A DNA stretch of 64,000 nucleotides from a virus. Lineage: Duplodnaviria > Caudoviricetes. Below are positions 1 through 9,531 of the stretch, one piece after another. The stretch is from the IMG/VR virus record IMGVR_UViG_3300032116_000009. One strand, written 5' to 3'. The notes below the pieces were generated by a model, which was not told the origin of the DNA, did not search any database, and was given only the letters and a program-made list of their open reading frames with translations. Position 1 is the first letter of the stretch. Each line of letters opens with the position of its first letter. A program made the position numbers and the translations under genes.

Positions 1-1200
1 TGGTGTAAATTTTGTATTTGCATTGAATCCAGCTCTTTGCGCTCTTTCCAATAGATATTGGGGCATTTGTTGATATCTACCAATTGCTCCTCGTGCGTTT
101 TTAGCCAACCACCCAATCGTTTGCTCTGTAGCCTTACCGGGAGTTTTTCCTGCACTTGTATTAAAACTATCATATCCTTCCGGACCTTGTTCGACTGAAG
201 CAATAAGATCTAATACCCCCTTTTCTCCAGTCGTAGTAACACCAGGTGATCCAGAAACACCAGGTGCTCCAGGTGCTCCTGTAGCTCCTCGAGCTCCATC
301 TTTCGCTTGTGTAGATGTGGATTTTCCTCCTCCAGGTTGTTGTTTTGATGGTCTCGTTGATAATGACTTTAGAACAGCAGAAAATCTATCTAATATTGCA
401 TTAAACTTGTCTAGTAATGGTCCAGATAATCCTTCACCAGTTTCTCCCATTAACTGAGGTTGAACTCCACCGCCAACGTCTTGAAGAGCATTGGTCACCA
501 TTGCTCCAGTGCCTGCACCAGCAAGAGCAGCACCACCCAACATTAATCCAGGGCGTCTTCTCATAGACCTTAATATTCCAGTGTTTCCCGCTCTTTTTAA
601 TGGTGGGCCTGGAACTTTAACATCCAAATCTATTCCACCACCTCCTGCATTAGCTGTAGGTAGATTGGAAAGTTGATCGACTATTCTTATAATTGTTTGA
701 CGAATGCTTTTAGCGACTTTGAAAGTTTCATCGAATACTTTCCTGAGTTCTACTAAACTTTCATTTAGACTTTTTATATTATTTGGATTTGCAAAAAATC
801 TTATATATCCAATTGCTTTATCATATAAACTCAAGAAATTGGATAAAATTTTATTCGGAGCGTTTGCATCAATAGAATCTGTTTTAGAAATAAATCTATT
901 TTGTAAATCTCCTACAGTTTTTTGAACAATCTGATTTACATTTTGAGTTATTGCTTGTACTCTATTCTCAACATTGTTTAAAATATTTGATGATAAAGTA
1001 TTAATGATCGAACCAAGATCTGGAACTTGTGGAGCAACTCCAGCAGTTCCTCTTTGAAATCCTACAATTTTGTTAGCAGCACTAGCAACCACAGAAGATC
1101 CAAGAGGAGAACCACCAGAAATAAAGTTCTGAACTGCTTCTGGTGTAACTCTACGTTCTCTAGCAATAACTCCTGGATTTAGTGGTGATTTAATTGCCAC
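1..1200 (-). CDS. Virion structural protein (tail/baseplate hub region) with lysozyme-like domain; partial, runs off the left edge
   Basis: GTG at 1200 overlaps the gp51 stop and the frame stays open to base 1. My translation near the edge reads LDLIASVEQGPEGYDSFN...GAIGRYQQMP, resembling lambda-lysozyme/lytic transglycosylase motifs. Absent from the ORF track because the stop lies outside the window. Confidence 0.65.
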   Translation of the reverse strand, partial: MAIKSPLNPGVIARERRVTPEAVQNFISGGSPLGSSVVASAANKIVGFQRGTAGVAPQVPDLGSIINTLSSNILNNVENRVQAITQNVNQIVQKTVGDLQNRFISKTDSIDANAPNKILSNFLSLYDKAIGYIRFFANPNNIKSLNESLVELRKVFDETFKVAKSIRQTIIRIVDQLSNLPTANAGGGGIDLDVKVPGPPLKRAGNTGILRSMRRRPGLMLGGAALAGAGTGAMVTNALQDVGGGVQPQLMGETGEGLSGPLLDKFNAILDRFSAVLKSLSTRPSKQQPGGGKSTSTQAKDGARGATGAPGAPGVSGSPGVTTTGEKGVLDLIASVEQGPEGYDSFNTSAGKTPGKATEQTIGWLAKNARGAIGRYQQMPQYLLERAQRAGFNANTKFTP

Positions 1201-1381
1201 GATTTGCCGCCTGTTGTGCCTTTAAGTTTTCTTCTTCAATATGTTGTTTCAATAGGGCAAGATAGATATCTCTTTCCCAAGGCATTAAATTTTCAACCTC
1301 AGTCAAAGAGTATTTATGGAACTGCATGAGAGCAAAATTAATACGATAATAGGCTTCCAAATCAATGTGAGCCATTGTCAA
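1190..1381 (-). CDS. gp51: Baseplate hub assembly catalyst gp51
   Basis: YYRINFALMQFHKYSLTEVENLMPWERDIYLALL is the typical T4-like gp51 motif; directly downstream of gp26. Confidence 0.9.
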   Translation of the reverse strand: MTMAHIDLEAYYRINFALMQFHKYSLTEVENLMPWERDIYLALLKQHIEEENLKAQQAANRGN

Positions 1382-2106
1382 CCGAAAAAACTGGTTAAAC
1401 CCTCCAACGTAACCGTATTTTCTACTCCAGTCTTCGGATTTTTTACAGTAAAAGTATGAGATAATTTAGGCATTGTCTCAAAAAACTGTTCAATTTTCTT
1501 AAACTGAGATGAATTCATACTCTCTATAAACTCAACAAGTTCTTTCTTCGTACAATCTGAAGCAGCCCAAGATTCTTCTGCAGTAAAAATAGCTTCAATA
1601 CAAGATGAAATAATATCAAAAGACTTATCAATTGTACTTGCAGATTCTTGTACACTGAAATCAAAGTTATTTTTAATGAATTGATCTAGTGATGGATATT
1701 TCATTTTTACAACAATATCATCATCTAGTTTAATTTCCGAAGTATGTTCAGAGTCTTTTTGTACATTGATTTCATCAACGTACACTTTAACTGGGACTTC
1801 TGTAGTACCATCATCGGAACAAGTTACAACCAGATCTATGGCCTCTCCAACAGATTTTCCACGAACATTTAAGAAAATGTATTCAATATCGAAAGAAGGT
1901 AGATCTTCTATTTTAATTCCTTTTGTTATAATACAATCTTTTAGTACTTGTTTAATAGCAAGTGTGATTTGTTTAATATCTTGACTTTCAAGAGCTAAGA
2001 TAAGAATTTTTTCTTCTTTAACGAGGAATGGTCTATATTTTATAGATTTTCCAGTAGAAGGCAACTCAAGTTCATAAGTTGGTGTAGAAATCTTTGGTAA
2101 TGGCAT
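1378..2106 (-). CDS. gp26: Baseplate hub subunit gp26
   Basis: MPLPKISTPTYELELPSTGKSIKYRPFLVKEEKILILA N-terminus and FDIEYIFLNVRGKSVGE motif. Confidence 0.93.
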   Translation of the reverse strand: MPLPKISTPTYELELPSTGKSIKYRPFLVKEEKILILALESQDIKQITLAIKQVLKDCIITKGIKIEDLPSFDIEYIFLNVRGKSVGEAIDLVVTCSDDGTTEVPVKVYVDEINVQKDSEHTSEIKLDDDIVVKMKYPSLDQFIKNNFDFSVQESASTIDKSFDIISSCIEAIFTAEESWAASDCTKKELVEFIESMNSSQFKKIEQFFETMPKLSHTFTVKNPKTGVENTVTLEGLTSFFG

Positions 2107-2131
2107 TGAATATTATAAATTCAGATAAAAT

Positions 2132-2138
2132 TATTTAG
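2132..2138 (-). promoter_or_regulatory. T4-type late promoter (CTAAATA) for gp26-gp51
   Basis: CTAAATA about 25 nt upstream of the gp26 ATG; close to the T4 late consensus TATAAATA. Confidence 0.55.
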
Positions 2139-2144
2139 TGCGGG

Positions 2145-3086
2145 TTATGTAGTAGATCTTGTATTACCTGTTGGAGTTGGTAAATTATTGGTAGAATTTT
2201 GAATAGATTGTCCGGATTGACTTCCACTACCGTTATTTGTAGCAGACAATATTTGTTGACCACTAGAAGTTACTTTTTGTTCATAGTCAGGTGATCCAGT
2301 TCCATTGTGTTTTAAGACAACATATCGATCATAGTTAAAAGTAACACTTGTCTTTGTTACTGTACTTCCTTCATAAGAAACTGGTAATGCAGTTAAATTC
2401 ACTGGAAAAGCATTTAAAAACTGATACGTTAACATTGATGGGGACTCTAAAAGATTCCCATAGCTATCAAACTGTACATTTCTCTCAAATTTAGTTATTG
2501 ATATTTTTCTTTTATAGGTGTTCGGATACCTCATTCTATAGAAATTTTCATCATCAAAACTTACTTCATCACTTGTACTTCCTCTGGAAGATCCTCTGAT
2601 AGATTTACCGTTTACAGTATGAAGAGGATTTATAAAATTAATCCACTCTTCAAATAAACGAATAACTCCATAATCCGCATCAACATAAAAATCTAAAGTA
2701 AGTTCTGGAAATTGTCTCATTATTGGAAATCTTTCCATAACTCCTTGTCTACTTCCAGATTCTTCTAAAGTGGATAAGGTTGAACCTGGAAGAATAGCAT
2801 TATGACACATGAATTCATATTGAAGTGAACTTAAACTCTTGTCAAAAATCCCACAAGAAACTAACCAAGAATTTAAATTTGAGTCCGACTCAACGGTAGA
2901 TACGTTTTCTCCAAACCAAAGAGTGATCTTAAATTGACTAGTAACTGATAATTCACCAAAAAGATCTTGAACACTAGGAAGAGAACTTCTACTATCTCTA
3001 GTGTTTCTTGGTAGAGTCATCCTAAGATAGATGGGATCAACTCTATATGGATTACCTGGGAAATCAGGCCTAAATGGCTCAGCCAT
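2145..3086 (-). CDS. Tail tube-fold protein (gp54/gp19-like baseplate tail tube initiator)
   Basis: LTLDFYVDADYGVIRLFEEWINFI and YQFLNAFPVNLTALPVSYEGSTVTKTSVTFNYDRY match gp19/gp54 tube-fold motifs; position next to gp4 and gp48 fits. Confidence 0.75.
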   Translation of the reverse strand: MAEPFRPDFPGNPYRVDPIYLRMTLPRNTRDSRSSLPSVQDLFGELSVTSQFKITLWFGENVSTVESDSNLNSWLVSCGIFDKSLSSLQYEFMCHNAILPGSTLSTLEESGSRQGVMERFPIMRQFPELTLDFYVDADYGVIRLFEEWINFINPLHTVNGKSIRGSSRGSTSDEVSFDDENFYRMRYPNTYKRKISITKFERNVQFDSYGNLLESPSMLTYQFLNAFPVNLTALPVSYEGSTVTKTSVTFNYDRYVVLKHNGTGSPDYEQKVTSSGQQILSATNNGSGSQSGQSIQNSTNNLPTPTGNTRSTT

Positions 3087-3087
3087 C

Positions 3088-3095
3088 TATAAATA
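3088..3095 (+). promoter_or_regulatory. T4 late promoter TATAAATA for the gp4-gp2-gp48-gp53 operon
   Basis: Exact TATAAATA 25 nt upstream of the gp4 ATG (3121). Confidence 0.7.
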
Positions 3096-3120
3096 TTTCT
3101 TAAGGATCTATAGTATGTAT

Positions 3121-3558
3121 ATGAGTTATAAAGGAAAATATCGTCCAGAAAATCCAAAAAAGTATAAAGGTGATCCCACAAATATTGTTTATCGTTCTTT
3201 GTGGGAAAGAAAATTCATGCGTTATTGTGACTTAAATGAAAATGTAAATCAATGGCAATCTGAAGAATTCTGGATTCCATATCTTTGCCCTCTTGATGGT
3301 AAAGTTCATAGATATTTTCCAGATTTTTTTGTAAAGTATAAAGATAAGAGTGGAAATACACGAACAGTAGTTATAGAAATAAAACCCAAAAAAGAAGTAG
3401 ACATGCCAGAACAAAATCCAAAAAGAAGGACAAAATCTTGGGCATATAAAGTTCAAACTTGGGTAAAAAACCAAGCAAAATGGAAAGCAGCTAAAGAGTT
3501 CTGTGCAGATCGTAATTATGAGTTCCGAATCATGACTGAGGAGGATTTAGGAATATGA
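3121..3558 (+). CDS. gp4: Head completion nuclease gp4 (TnsA-like endonuclease fold)
   Basis: MSYKGKYRPENPKKYKGDPTNIVYRSLWERKFM, HRYFPDF, EIKP and AKWKAA motifs. Start moved from the ORF-track 3031 to the conserved Met. Confidence 0.93.
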   Translation: MSYKGKYRPENPKKYKGDPTNIVYRSLWERKFMRYCDLNENVNQWQSEEFWIPYLCPLDGKVHRYFPDFFVKYKDKSGNTRTVVIEIKPKKEVDMPEQNPKRRTKSWAYKVQTWVKNQAKWKAAKEFCADRNYEFRIMTEEDLGI

Positions 3559-4082
3559 GTTTCGATGGCACGTTCGAACCTGGAAAAGGTTTTGGATACG
3601 ATCTCATTAAAAAAACCAAAGGAAAAAATGTAAAAAATGATTGGTATACTGGACAACTAAGACAGTATCTTGGTGAACTGGATCAATTTAATATTAATGA
3701 AATGGATACAGGAGGTATAGAAGTTGGTAAGATGTATTTTTTTATCTACGGAGCATCTACTCCTGGACTTAAATTTTTTGATACTCAACCATTGACGTAT
3801 GTTACTGAAGTAAGTTACAGTAAAAATTATTTCATTGGAATAAATTTGCATTATATTAATAGGCAATATAGGGAAGGAATAGCAAAAAGCCTAATAAATA
3901 ATTCAGATACCGTAAGTGTACCTCGTAATAGCATTCATCGTTACTTTTTTTCTGGAGTTGGAGGGGGATTTTTGAGAGTTCCTGAAAAGGATTGGCCCTC
4001 CGTTTCAATATTACCAACTGAAAAATTTGTTGATACAAGGGGTCAACCATTTCCAAATCACAAAGCTTGGAGTAAACCTTAA
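3555..4082 (+). CDS. DNA end protector gp2-like protein
   Basis: MYFFIY...FDTQPL...FIGINLHY resembles T4 gp2 (YYDxK...DxFPL...GLNLHY); adjacent to gp4. Confidence 0.7.
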   Translation: MSFDGTFEPGKGFGYDLIKKTKGKNVKNDWYTGQLRQYLGELDQFNINEMDTGGIEVGKMYFFIYGASTPGLKFFDTQPLTYVTEVSYSKNYFIGINLHYINRQYREGIAKSLINNSDTVSVPRNSIHRYFFSGVGGGFLRVPEKDWPSVSILPTEKFVDTRGQPFPNHKAWSKP

Positions 4083-5567
4083 GTGACATATCAAAATATT
4101 TCACCAGTACCATACTTTACAAAAAATTCTGTAAATTATAATTTACAGTACAATAAACGTACTGGTGAAGTACAACTCATTCAACAAAATGCTGCCACTG
4201 GGACACCAGCGATTTATACGGATGGTAAATGGAATTCTTCTAGTGTCAATTCTTTATCAATATCTTCACAAGAACAACAAACAATACACGAAAATATTCA
4301 AACTTCTGTAAGAACTTCGTTTAGGGCTTTAGGTGGAACTTCTGCTGGTTTAGTTCTACCTGCTTGGGCCCAACAACAGAATCAAGGACAACCTCCGGGT
4401 CAAAGTACATCAACTCCAAGTCAAAGTGTTTCGAGTAATTCTACAAGTCCGGGAAACATAGGAGCAGCATTTGGAGCACTAATAAACCCAAGTGAAGCTA
4501 TAAGAGAAATAGCAAATCAAGACTATGGAGCTGGAAATGAAGCTAAATTACTTTTCAAAGGATTGAAGTATCCAATTGATATGAATTCCAGGAAACAGGA
4601 TACTCTCTTTATAAGTCAATTTGAGTATGCTGCTCCAGCTGGAGATCAACTTCTAAATGGAGACTTTTCAAGTATTATTCAAAATGGTTTACAGAGAGGT
4701 AGTGATTTTAGACCAGAAAAAGTTATAGGAACTGTAACTTTTCCTATGCCTTCTAGTATCTCCGAAACCAAGGATGTTGGATGGGGTCCAGATCAAATGA
4801 ATAATATTAGTGCTGGAATGATGGCAGATGTCATAAAAAATCCAGGACAATATGCAGCAGCAGGTTTAGTTGGCGCTGGGTTGGGTGCTTTTATTAGTAG
4901 TAAGATGGGCGGCAGTGTTGCTGGTGGAGCAGGATCTGGAGCATCCGCAGGAGGTCAAACACTTGCTTATGGTAAACTCCTTAACGAAGCAAGTGCCACA
5001 GCAGAAGGGAGAGGTTTAATGGGAACCATTGGTGTTCAAAAACTTCTTCAAATGGCTCAATTTGGAACTGAAATAGAAACAATATTGGCTAGAGGTGCAG
5101 GAATTGTTCCAAATAATAATTTAGAGTTGTTATTCAACGGACCCCAATTAAGATCTTTTGGTGTTAGTTATAGACTAACAGCAAGAAGTAGAGATGAAGC
5201 GATGATGATTAGGAGAATACTCAGATTCTTTAAACAAGGAATGTCACCAAAAAAGAGATCTGGTAGAGGTGCAGGAGGAGCATCTTATTTTCTTAAAACT
5301 CCAAATGTATTCAAATTGGAATTTAAAACAACAACTGGAGAAAATAAAGCAATCAGTAGATTTAAGACTTGTGCGTTGGTTTCTATGCAAACAGATTATA
5401 CCCCAGATGGTTTCTGGGTTGCATATGATGAAGGTCAACCAGTTTCTACAAGAATAACCCTACAATTCGCAGAACTTGAACCAATTTATGATGTCGATTA
5501 TCAAGATACAGTCAACTCACAAAGAACAGATCTTTCTCCAGTTGCTAACGACGCAGTAGGTTACTAA
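4083..5567 (+). CDS. gp48: Baseplate tail tube cap gp48
   Basis: NNNLELLFNGPQLRSFGVSY, FFKQGMSPK, YFLKTPNVF, CALVSMQTDYTPDG and LQFAELEPIY motifs; GTG start. Confidence 0.9.
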   Translation: MTYQNISPVPYFTKNSVNYNLQYNKRTGEVQLIQQNAATGTPAIYTDGKWNSSSVNSLSISSQEQQTIHENIQTSVRTSFRALGGTSAGLVLPAWAQQQNQGQPPGQSTSTPSQSVSSNSTSPGNIGAAFGALINPSEAIREIANQDYGAGNEAKLLFKGLKYPIDMNSRKQDTLFISQFEYAAPAGDQLLNGDFSSIIQNGLQRGSDFRPEKVIGTVTFPMPSSISETKDVGWGPDQMNNISAGMMADVIKNPGQYAAAGLVGAGLGAFISSKMGGSVAGGAGSGASAGGQTLAYGKLLNEASATAEGRGLMGTIGVQKLLQMAQFGTEIETILARGAGIVPNNNLELLFNGPQLRSFGVSYRLTARSRDEAMMIRRILRFFKQGMSPKKRSGRGAGGASYFLKTPNVFKLEFKTTTGENKAISRFKTCALVSMQTDYTPDGFWVAYDEGQPVSTRITLQFAELEPIYDVDYQDTVNSQRTDLSPVANDAVGY

Positions 5568-5568
5568 T

Positions 5569-7893
5569 ATGGCATACTTTACAGAACTACCAAACGTTGA
5601 ATATGTAAATAGATTTCCAAATACGAAATCTAATGATGAAACAACTTTAGCAAAAAATATATTCAGAAGAGTAAAAGTAAGAGAAGATTTAATATCAGTT
5701 TTTGCTGGATTTGAATATTATACTATTGTTGAAGGAGAGAGACCAGATCAAATAGCAGAAAAACTATATGGAGATGCAGGTCTTGATTGGGTTATCTTAG
5801 TTTCAAATAATATTATCAATTACTACGATCAGTGGCCATTAACTGTAAATGAGTTTAATAACTATTTAATCAGTAAATATGGAACTGAAGATGCATTACA
5901 GGAGATACATCACTATGAAACTATAGAATTAAGAGATTCATTTAATAGAGTTGTACTTCCAAAAGATTTAATTGTAGATGAAACATTTTATAATGCTCCA
6001 GAATATGAAACAATCACAGAAACTCCTCCTGGAATCACATTTCCTCCGATTTATTTAAATCCTGTTGTTGCAATTACTTCATGCATTATAGAAAGTGGTG
6101 GAGTTACAGAAATTGATATTATAGAAGAAGGTTTTGGTTATAAACAAGTACCAAAACTAACCTTCTCAGAGCCCACCATCACAAGTTCAGCGTCAGCATC
6201 TGTTGGAATTCAAAGTTTTAGGGTATCTTCTGTTACATCATTAACTTCTGGATTTGGATATAAATCTGTACCTGTAGTATCCATTTCAACGGCTCCAACT
6301 TCAATCCAAGCAGTAGGAGTTAGTTCTCTAGGTCAAACAGAATTCACTGGAGGTACAGTAGTAAGTGTAGAAATTACTAATTCTGGATGTGGATATGGAT
6401 TAACTCCCCCATCAGTATCCTTCAGTTTACCACAAAACTTTATCTCAAATACCATCTACAGAGAACAATCTCCAGTTTCTGTTGGAAATCAAATAGAAGG
6501 GATGTATGTAAAATCTGATGGATATAAAGTCTATACTGCAAGCACTATAGGATCAAATCTAATTAAAGAATTTACGTTGTCTACAGCTTGGAATATTACA
6601 ACTCTTTCTTTATCTTATGAATTAGATGTTAGTGCAGTATTCGGTTATTGTACTGGAATAGAATTTAGTCCAGATGGAACTAAAATGTTTGTTACTGGTG
6701 GACTTAGTGGTAATTTCTTTGTTGCTGCTTATAATTTATCCACACCATGGTCAATATCCACAGCAACATATGTAAATCAAACTTCATTGACAGCTCCTGG
6801 TGGTGTTAGATTCAAGTCTGATGGTTCTAGGATGTATTCATTAAACATGGACTCCCCAGATTCCATTGAAGAATATACATTATCATCGGCATGGAACGTT
6901 ACAACGAAATCTTTCGTAGCCTCATATAATATAGAAACACCAACAGGAGACAATGAGATTATTGGATTTTCTTTCTTGAATGGTGGAAATAAAATGTATG
7001 CAACTGGACTATCAAACTCCACAGTATATGAATTTAATTTAAATTCCTGGGACTTAACAACCTTAACATTCAGTAGTTTCCTATATGTTGGAGATAGAAT
7101 TCCAAATCCATCCGATGCATTTATAAGTTCAGATGTAGAACACTTATTGGTATCTGGTGGGTCTGGAGATTCTATATTTGAATATTCCATAAAAGTCAGA
7201 GCTAAAGGAACCGCAAACTTAGTTAATGGATCTCTTAATTCCATTACTATTTCCGAAGTTGGATTTGGATACACGACAGCCCCATCGGTAACGATTGGTG
7301 CTCCATATCCAGCAGTAAATGCAACGGCAACGGCTACAGTAGTTGATGGATCTGTATTGTCTGTCAATATTACTAATGCTGGATTCGGTTATACTATCGC
7401 ACCTACGGTCACGATTGCTCAAGCACCAACTTATTCAAGAGCAACAGGAATTGCTTCAGTAGTTGATGGAAAAATATCAGCAATTACAATTACTTCTCCA
7501 GGAGAAAATTATGATAACCCTCCGTCAATAACTTTTGATATATCACCAGAACAGGTTCTCAATGTAGAAGTTGACGAAACTTACACTCAAAATAACAAAA
7601 TTTGGAAATGGAATGGAACCGCATGGCAAGAACAAATCACAAGACCATTCCAATTCTTAGATGGATTGAATATAATTAGTGTAAATGGTAGTGGTATTTC
7701 CAAACCGATAACGAATTTGGAATATGAATTAAGATTAAACGAAGAAAAAACTTTAATTATTGTACCAAAACCATCATATATTTCTACTATTATTGATGAT
7801 CTAAAGAAAATTATGAAGTATAATAAAGATTCTGAAAACGTAGTTTCATCTAAATTAAAGAGAACTTATAATCCTAAATTTACTGGAGTATAA
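5569..7893 (+). CDS. gp53: Baseplate wedge gp53 (LysM) with a ~500 aa internal insertion of Ig-like repeats and a beta-propeller
   Basis: N-terminus MAYFTELPNVEY...GERPDQIAEKLYGDAGLDWVILVSNNIIN...QWPL and C-terminus ITNLEYELRLNEEK...PKPSYI are gp53. The middle holds ITNxGxGY repeats and F(S/K)xDGxKM(Y/F) repeats. Confidence 0.85.
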   Translation: MAYFTELPNVEYVNRFPNTKSNDETTLAKNIFRRVKVREDLISVFAGFEYYTIVEGERPDQIAEKLYGDAGLDWVILVSNNIINYYDQWPLTVNEFNNYLISKYGTEDALQEIHHYETIELRDSFNRVVLPKDLIVDETFYNAPEYETITETPPGITFPPIYLNPVVAITSCIIESGGVTEIDIIEEGFGYKQVPKLTFSEPTITSSASASVGIQSFRVSSVTSLTSGFGYKSVPVVSISTAPTSIQAVGVSSLGQTEFTGGTVVSVEITNSGCGYGLTPPSVSFSLPQNFISNTIYREQSPVSVGNQIEGMYVKSDGYKVYTASTIGSNLIKEFTLSTAWNITTLSLSYELDVSAVFGYCTGIEFSPDGTKMFVTGGLSGNFFVAAYNLSTPWSISTATYVNQTSLTAPGGVRFKSDGSRMYSLNMDSPDSIEEYTLSSAWNVTTKSFVASYNIETPTGDNEIIGFSFLNGGNKMYATGLSNSTVYEFNLNSWDLTTLTFSSFLYVGDRIPNPSDAFISSDVEHLLVSGGSGDSIFEYSIKVRAKGTANLVNGSLNSITISEVGFGYTTAPSVTIGAPYPAVNATATATVVDGSVLSVNITNAGFGYTIAPTVTIAQAPTYSRATGIASVVDGKISAITITSPGENYDNPPSITFDISPEQVLNVEVDETYTQNNKIWKWNGTAWQEQITRPFQFLDGLNIISVNGSGISKPITNLEYELRLNEEKTLIIVPKPSYISTIIDDLKKIMKYNKDSENVVSSKLKRTYNPKFTGV

Positions 7894-7932
7894 AAAAACC
7901 CTGGCTTCCAAAAAAGCCAGGGAATTTTTTTC
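7892..7932. terminator. Bidirectional intrinsic terminator between convergent gp53 and gp32
   Basis: CCCTGGCTT-loop-AAGCCAGGG stem flanked by an A7 run and a T-run. Confidence 0.85.
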
Positions 7933-7942
7933 GGACTATTTT

Positions 7943-8872
7943 TCAGCTCTCAGCTAGTTTTTGAAAGTAACTCAGAGCATCATCTGCATCTTCATCATCT
8001 TCCTCATCACGAGACACTGGTTTAGAGATTTCAAAGGAAGGAGTAGACCGCTTAGGAGAAGGTTCTCCACGACGTTCGGCTTCCCACTCTTCTTCTTCTG
8101 CAACTACTTCAGGGTCTTGATTCTTAGGGACACCACGAACCCCCAGAGTGTAGTCTAGGCGCTTCTTCAGTTCTTCATAGGACTTGAAGTTCTTTGCGTC
8201 ACTGAACTCATTGAGATCGTTCAGGTTCTTGTAGATGCGTTCCAGTTTGTCATCATCATCCGAAAGTGCAGAAGGACGATCAAACTCAGACTTATCATAG
8301 TTCCAGTAACCTTCGACCTTACGGATCTTCAGTTTGAAGTTAGCACCAGCCCAGAAGTCGAAAGGATTAATAGCTTCCTCATCTGCAAACTGTGGTTGCA
8401 TCGCTTCGGTAATCTTGTCAAAGATTTTCTTACCGAATTTATAAAGGAATACACGACCTTCGTTCTCAGGGTGTGCAGGATCACTCACCACATAGATGTT
8501 GGCGTAATAAGAGAGTTTGCGTTTTTGTTTCCGAGCAATCTCCTTATCACGATCAGATCCAGAGTTCCACAGAACACGATTGTGTTCAGACACAGGATCT
8601 TTTTGTCCCAGAGTTGTCAGAGAGTTTTCGATGTACCAACCACCAGGACCTTGGAAAGCATGACTCCATACTTGGGCCCAAGGAAGTTCACATCCTTCGG
8701 GTGCGGGGAGGAATCGGATAACTGCATAACCATTTCCGGCTTTGTCTACTTCAGGTTTCCAGAAACGTTCATCAGATCCACCTTCTCCACTATTCAGTTT
8801 TTCAACTTGTTTGATCAGTTTTTCAGTCAGCGAACCAGCGCGGGACTGTTTCTTGAGATCAGCAAAAGACAT
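7943..8872 (-). CDS. gp32: Single-stranded DNA-binding protein gp32
   Basis: DERFWKPEVDKAGNGYAVIRFLPAP, FQGPGGWYIENSLTTLG, FDFWAGANFKLKI; acidic C-terminus. Confidence 0.97.
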   Translation of the reverse strand: MSFADLKKQSRAGSLTEKLIKQVEKLNSGEGGSDERFWKPEVDKAGNGYAVIRFLPAPEGCELPWAQVWSHAFQGPGGWYIENSLTTLGQKDPVSEHNRVLWNSGSDRDKEIARKQKRKLSYYANIYVVSDPAHPENEGRVFLYKFGKKIFDKITEAMQPQFADEEAINPFDFWAGANFKLKIRKVEGYWNYDKSEFDRPSALSDDDDKLERIYKNLNDLNEFSDAKNFKSYEELKKRLDYTLGVRGVPKNQDPEVVAEEEEWEAERRGEPSPKRSTPSFEISKPVSRDEEDDEDADDALSYFQKLAES

Positions 8873-8916
8873 TTGTATTCTCCGTATTGAGTGTATTTGG
8901 CCTTTGGGACGACTTT

Positions 8917-8945
8917 AGTTTACCGCAGTGAACTGGGGATGTCAA
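8917..8945 (-). promoter_or_regulatory. Sigma70-type promoter for gp32
   Basis: TTGACA-N17-TAAACT; the -35 box sits inside a GGGG...CCCC inverted repeat. Confidence 0.75.
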
Positions 8946-8958
8946 GCCCCATCTAGAA

Positions 8959-9531
8959 TTATTTTTTCTTGGTTGGTTTCGTTTGAGGTTCATTACGAAC
9001 GTAAACTTTTTGTTTACCAAACTGTTGTGCAGTAATATTTGGTTTTCCAACCACATCTCTTGCAGTCGAAAGAGAAAGATCATAACTAGTTTTCTTATTG
9101 TAATCTCCTGCAGGCCCAAAATTTCCAGTGTCTTGGACAGAAGTTTTTGCAACGGGTGTAACTCCAGGAGCTCTAGTCATGTGAAGTTTAGTTCCAAATG
9201 GTGTAGATGGTTTGGAACTAGTTTTAGATGCATAAGGAACTGCAACTAATTTTTGTTTGTCATCAAACTTATGTCCACTAGCGGTTAGTGATCCAGGAGT
9301 ATCTGCCTTACTATATGAACTTACATTCACTGGTTTCCATCCATATCTCTTTTGTTCATCACCAGTATGAGCTCTTTGAGTAAATTTTCCTGTTGATTTA
9401 TCAAGTACTCCTGGTTGATAGTTTTTATAAGCAAGAACTTGTTTATTTGGTTTGGGTTTTGGTTTTTGACCAAATCCAAATAGTTCTTGTACTTGATAAG
9501 CTTCTGTGCAGAATTGTTTGAAAGTCTTCAT
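8959..9531 (-). CDS. RlpA-like double-psi beta-barrel (lytic transglycosylase-like) protein
   Basis: SSYS...LTASGHKFDD...VAVP...PFGTKL...VQDTG...YDLSLSTA follows the RlpA/3D DPBB pattern; MKTFKQF N-terminus typical of cyanophage proteins. Confidence 0.65.
   Translation of the reverse strand: MKTFKQFCTEAYQVQELFGFGQKPKPKPNKQVLAYKNYQPGVLDKSTGKFTQRAHTGDEQKRYGWKPVNVSSYSKADTPGSLTASGHKFDDKQKLVAVPYASKTSSKPSTPFGTKLHMTRAPGVTPVAKTSVQDTGNFGPAGDYNKKTSYDLSLSTARDVVGKPNITAQQFGKQKVYVRNEPQTKPTKKK

Noticed and set aside
3031-3558. gp4 as a mobile homing endonuclease, and its longer ORF-track start
   Set aside because: This is the core head-completion gene in normal synteny; the extension would overlap the divergent gene and the late promoter.
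6777-7367. 196 aa antisense ORF inside gp53
   Set aside because: Mirror of a Thr/Ser/Val-rich sense frame; no independent signals.
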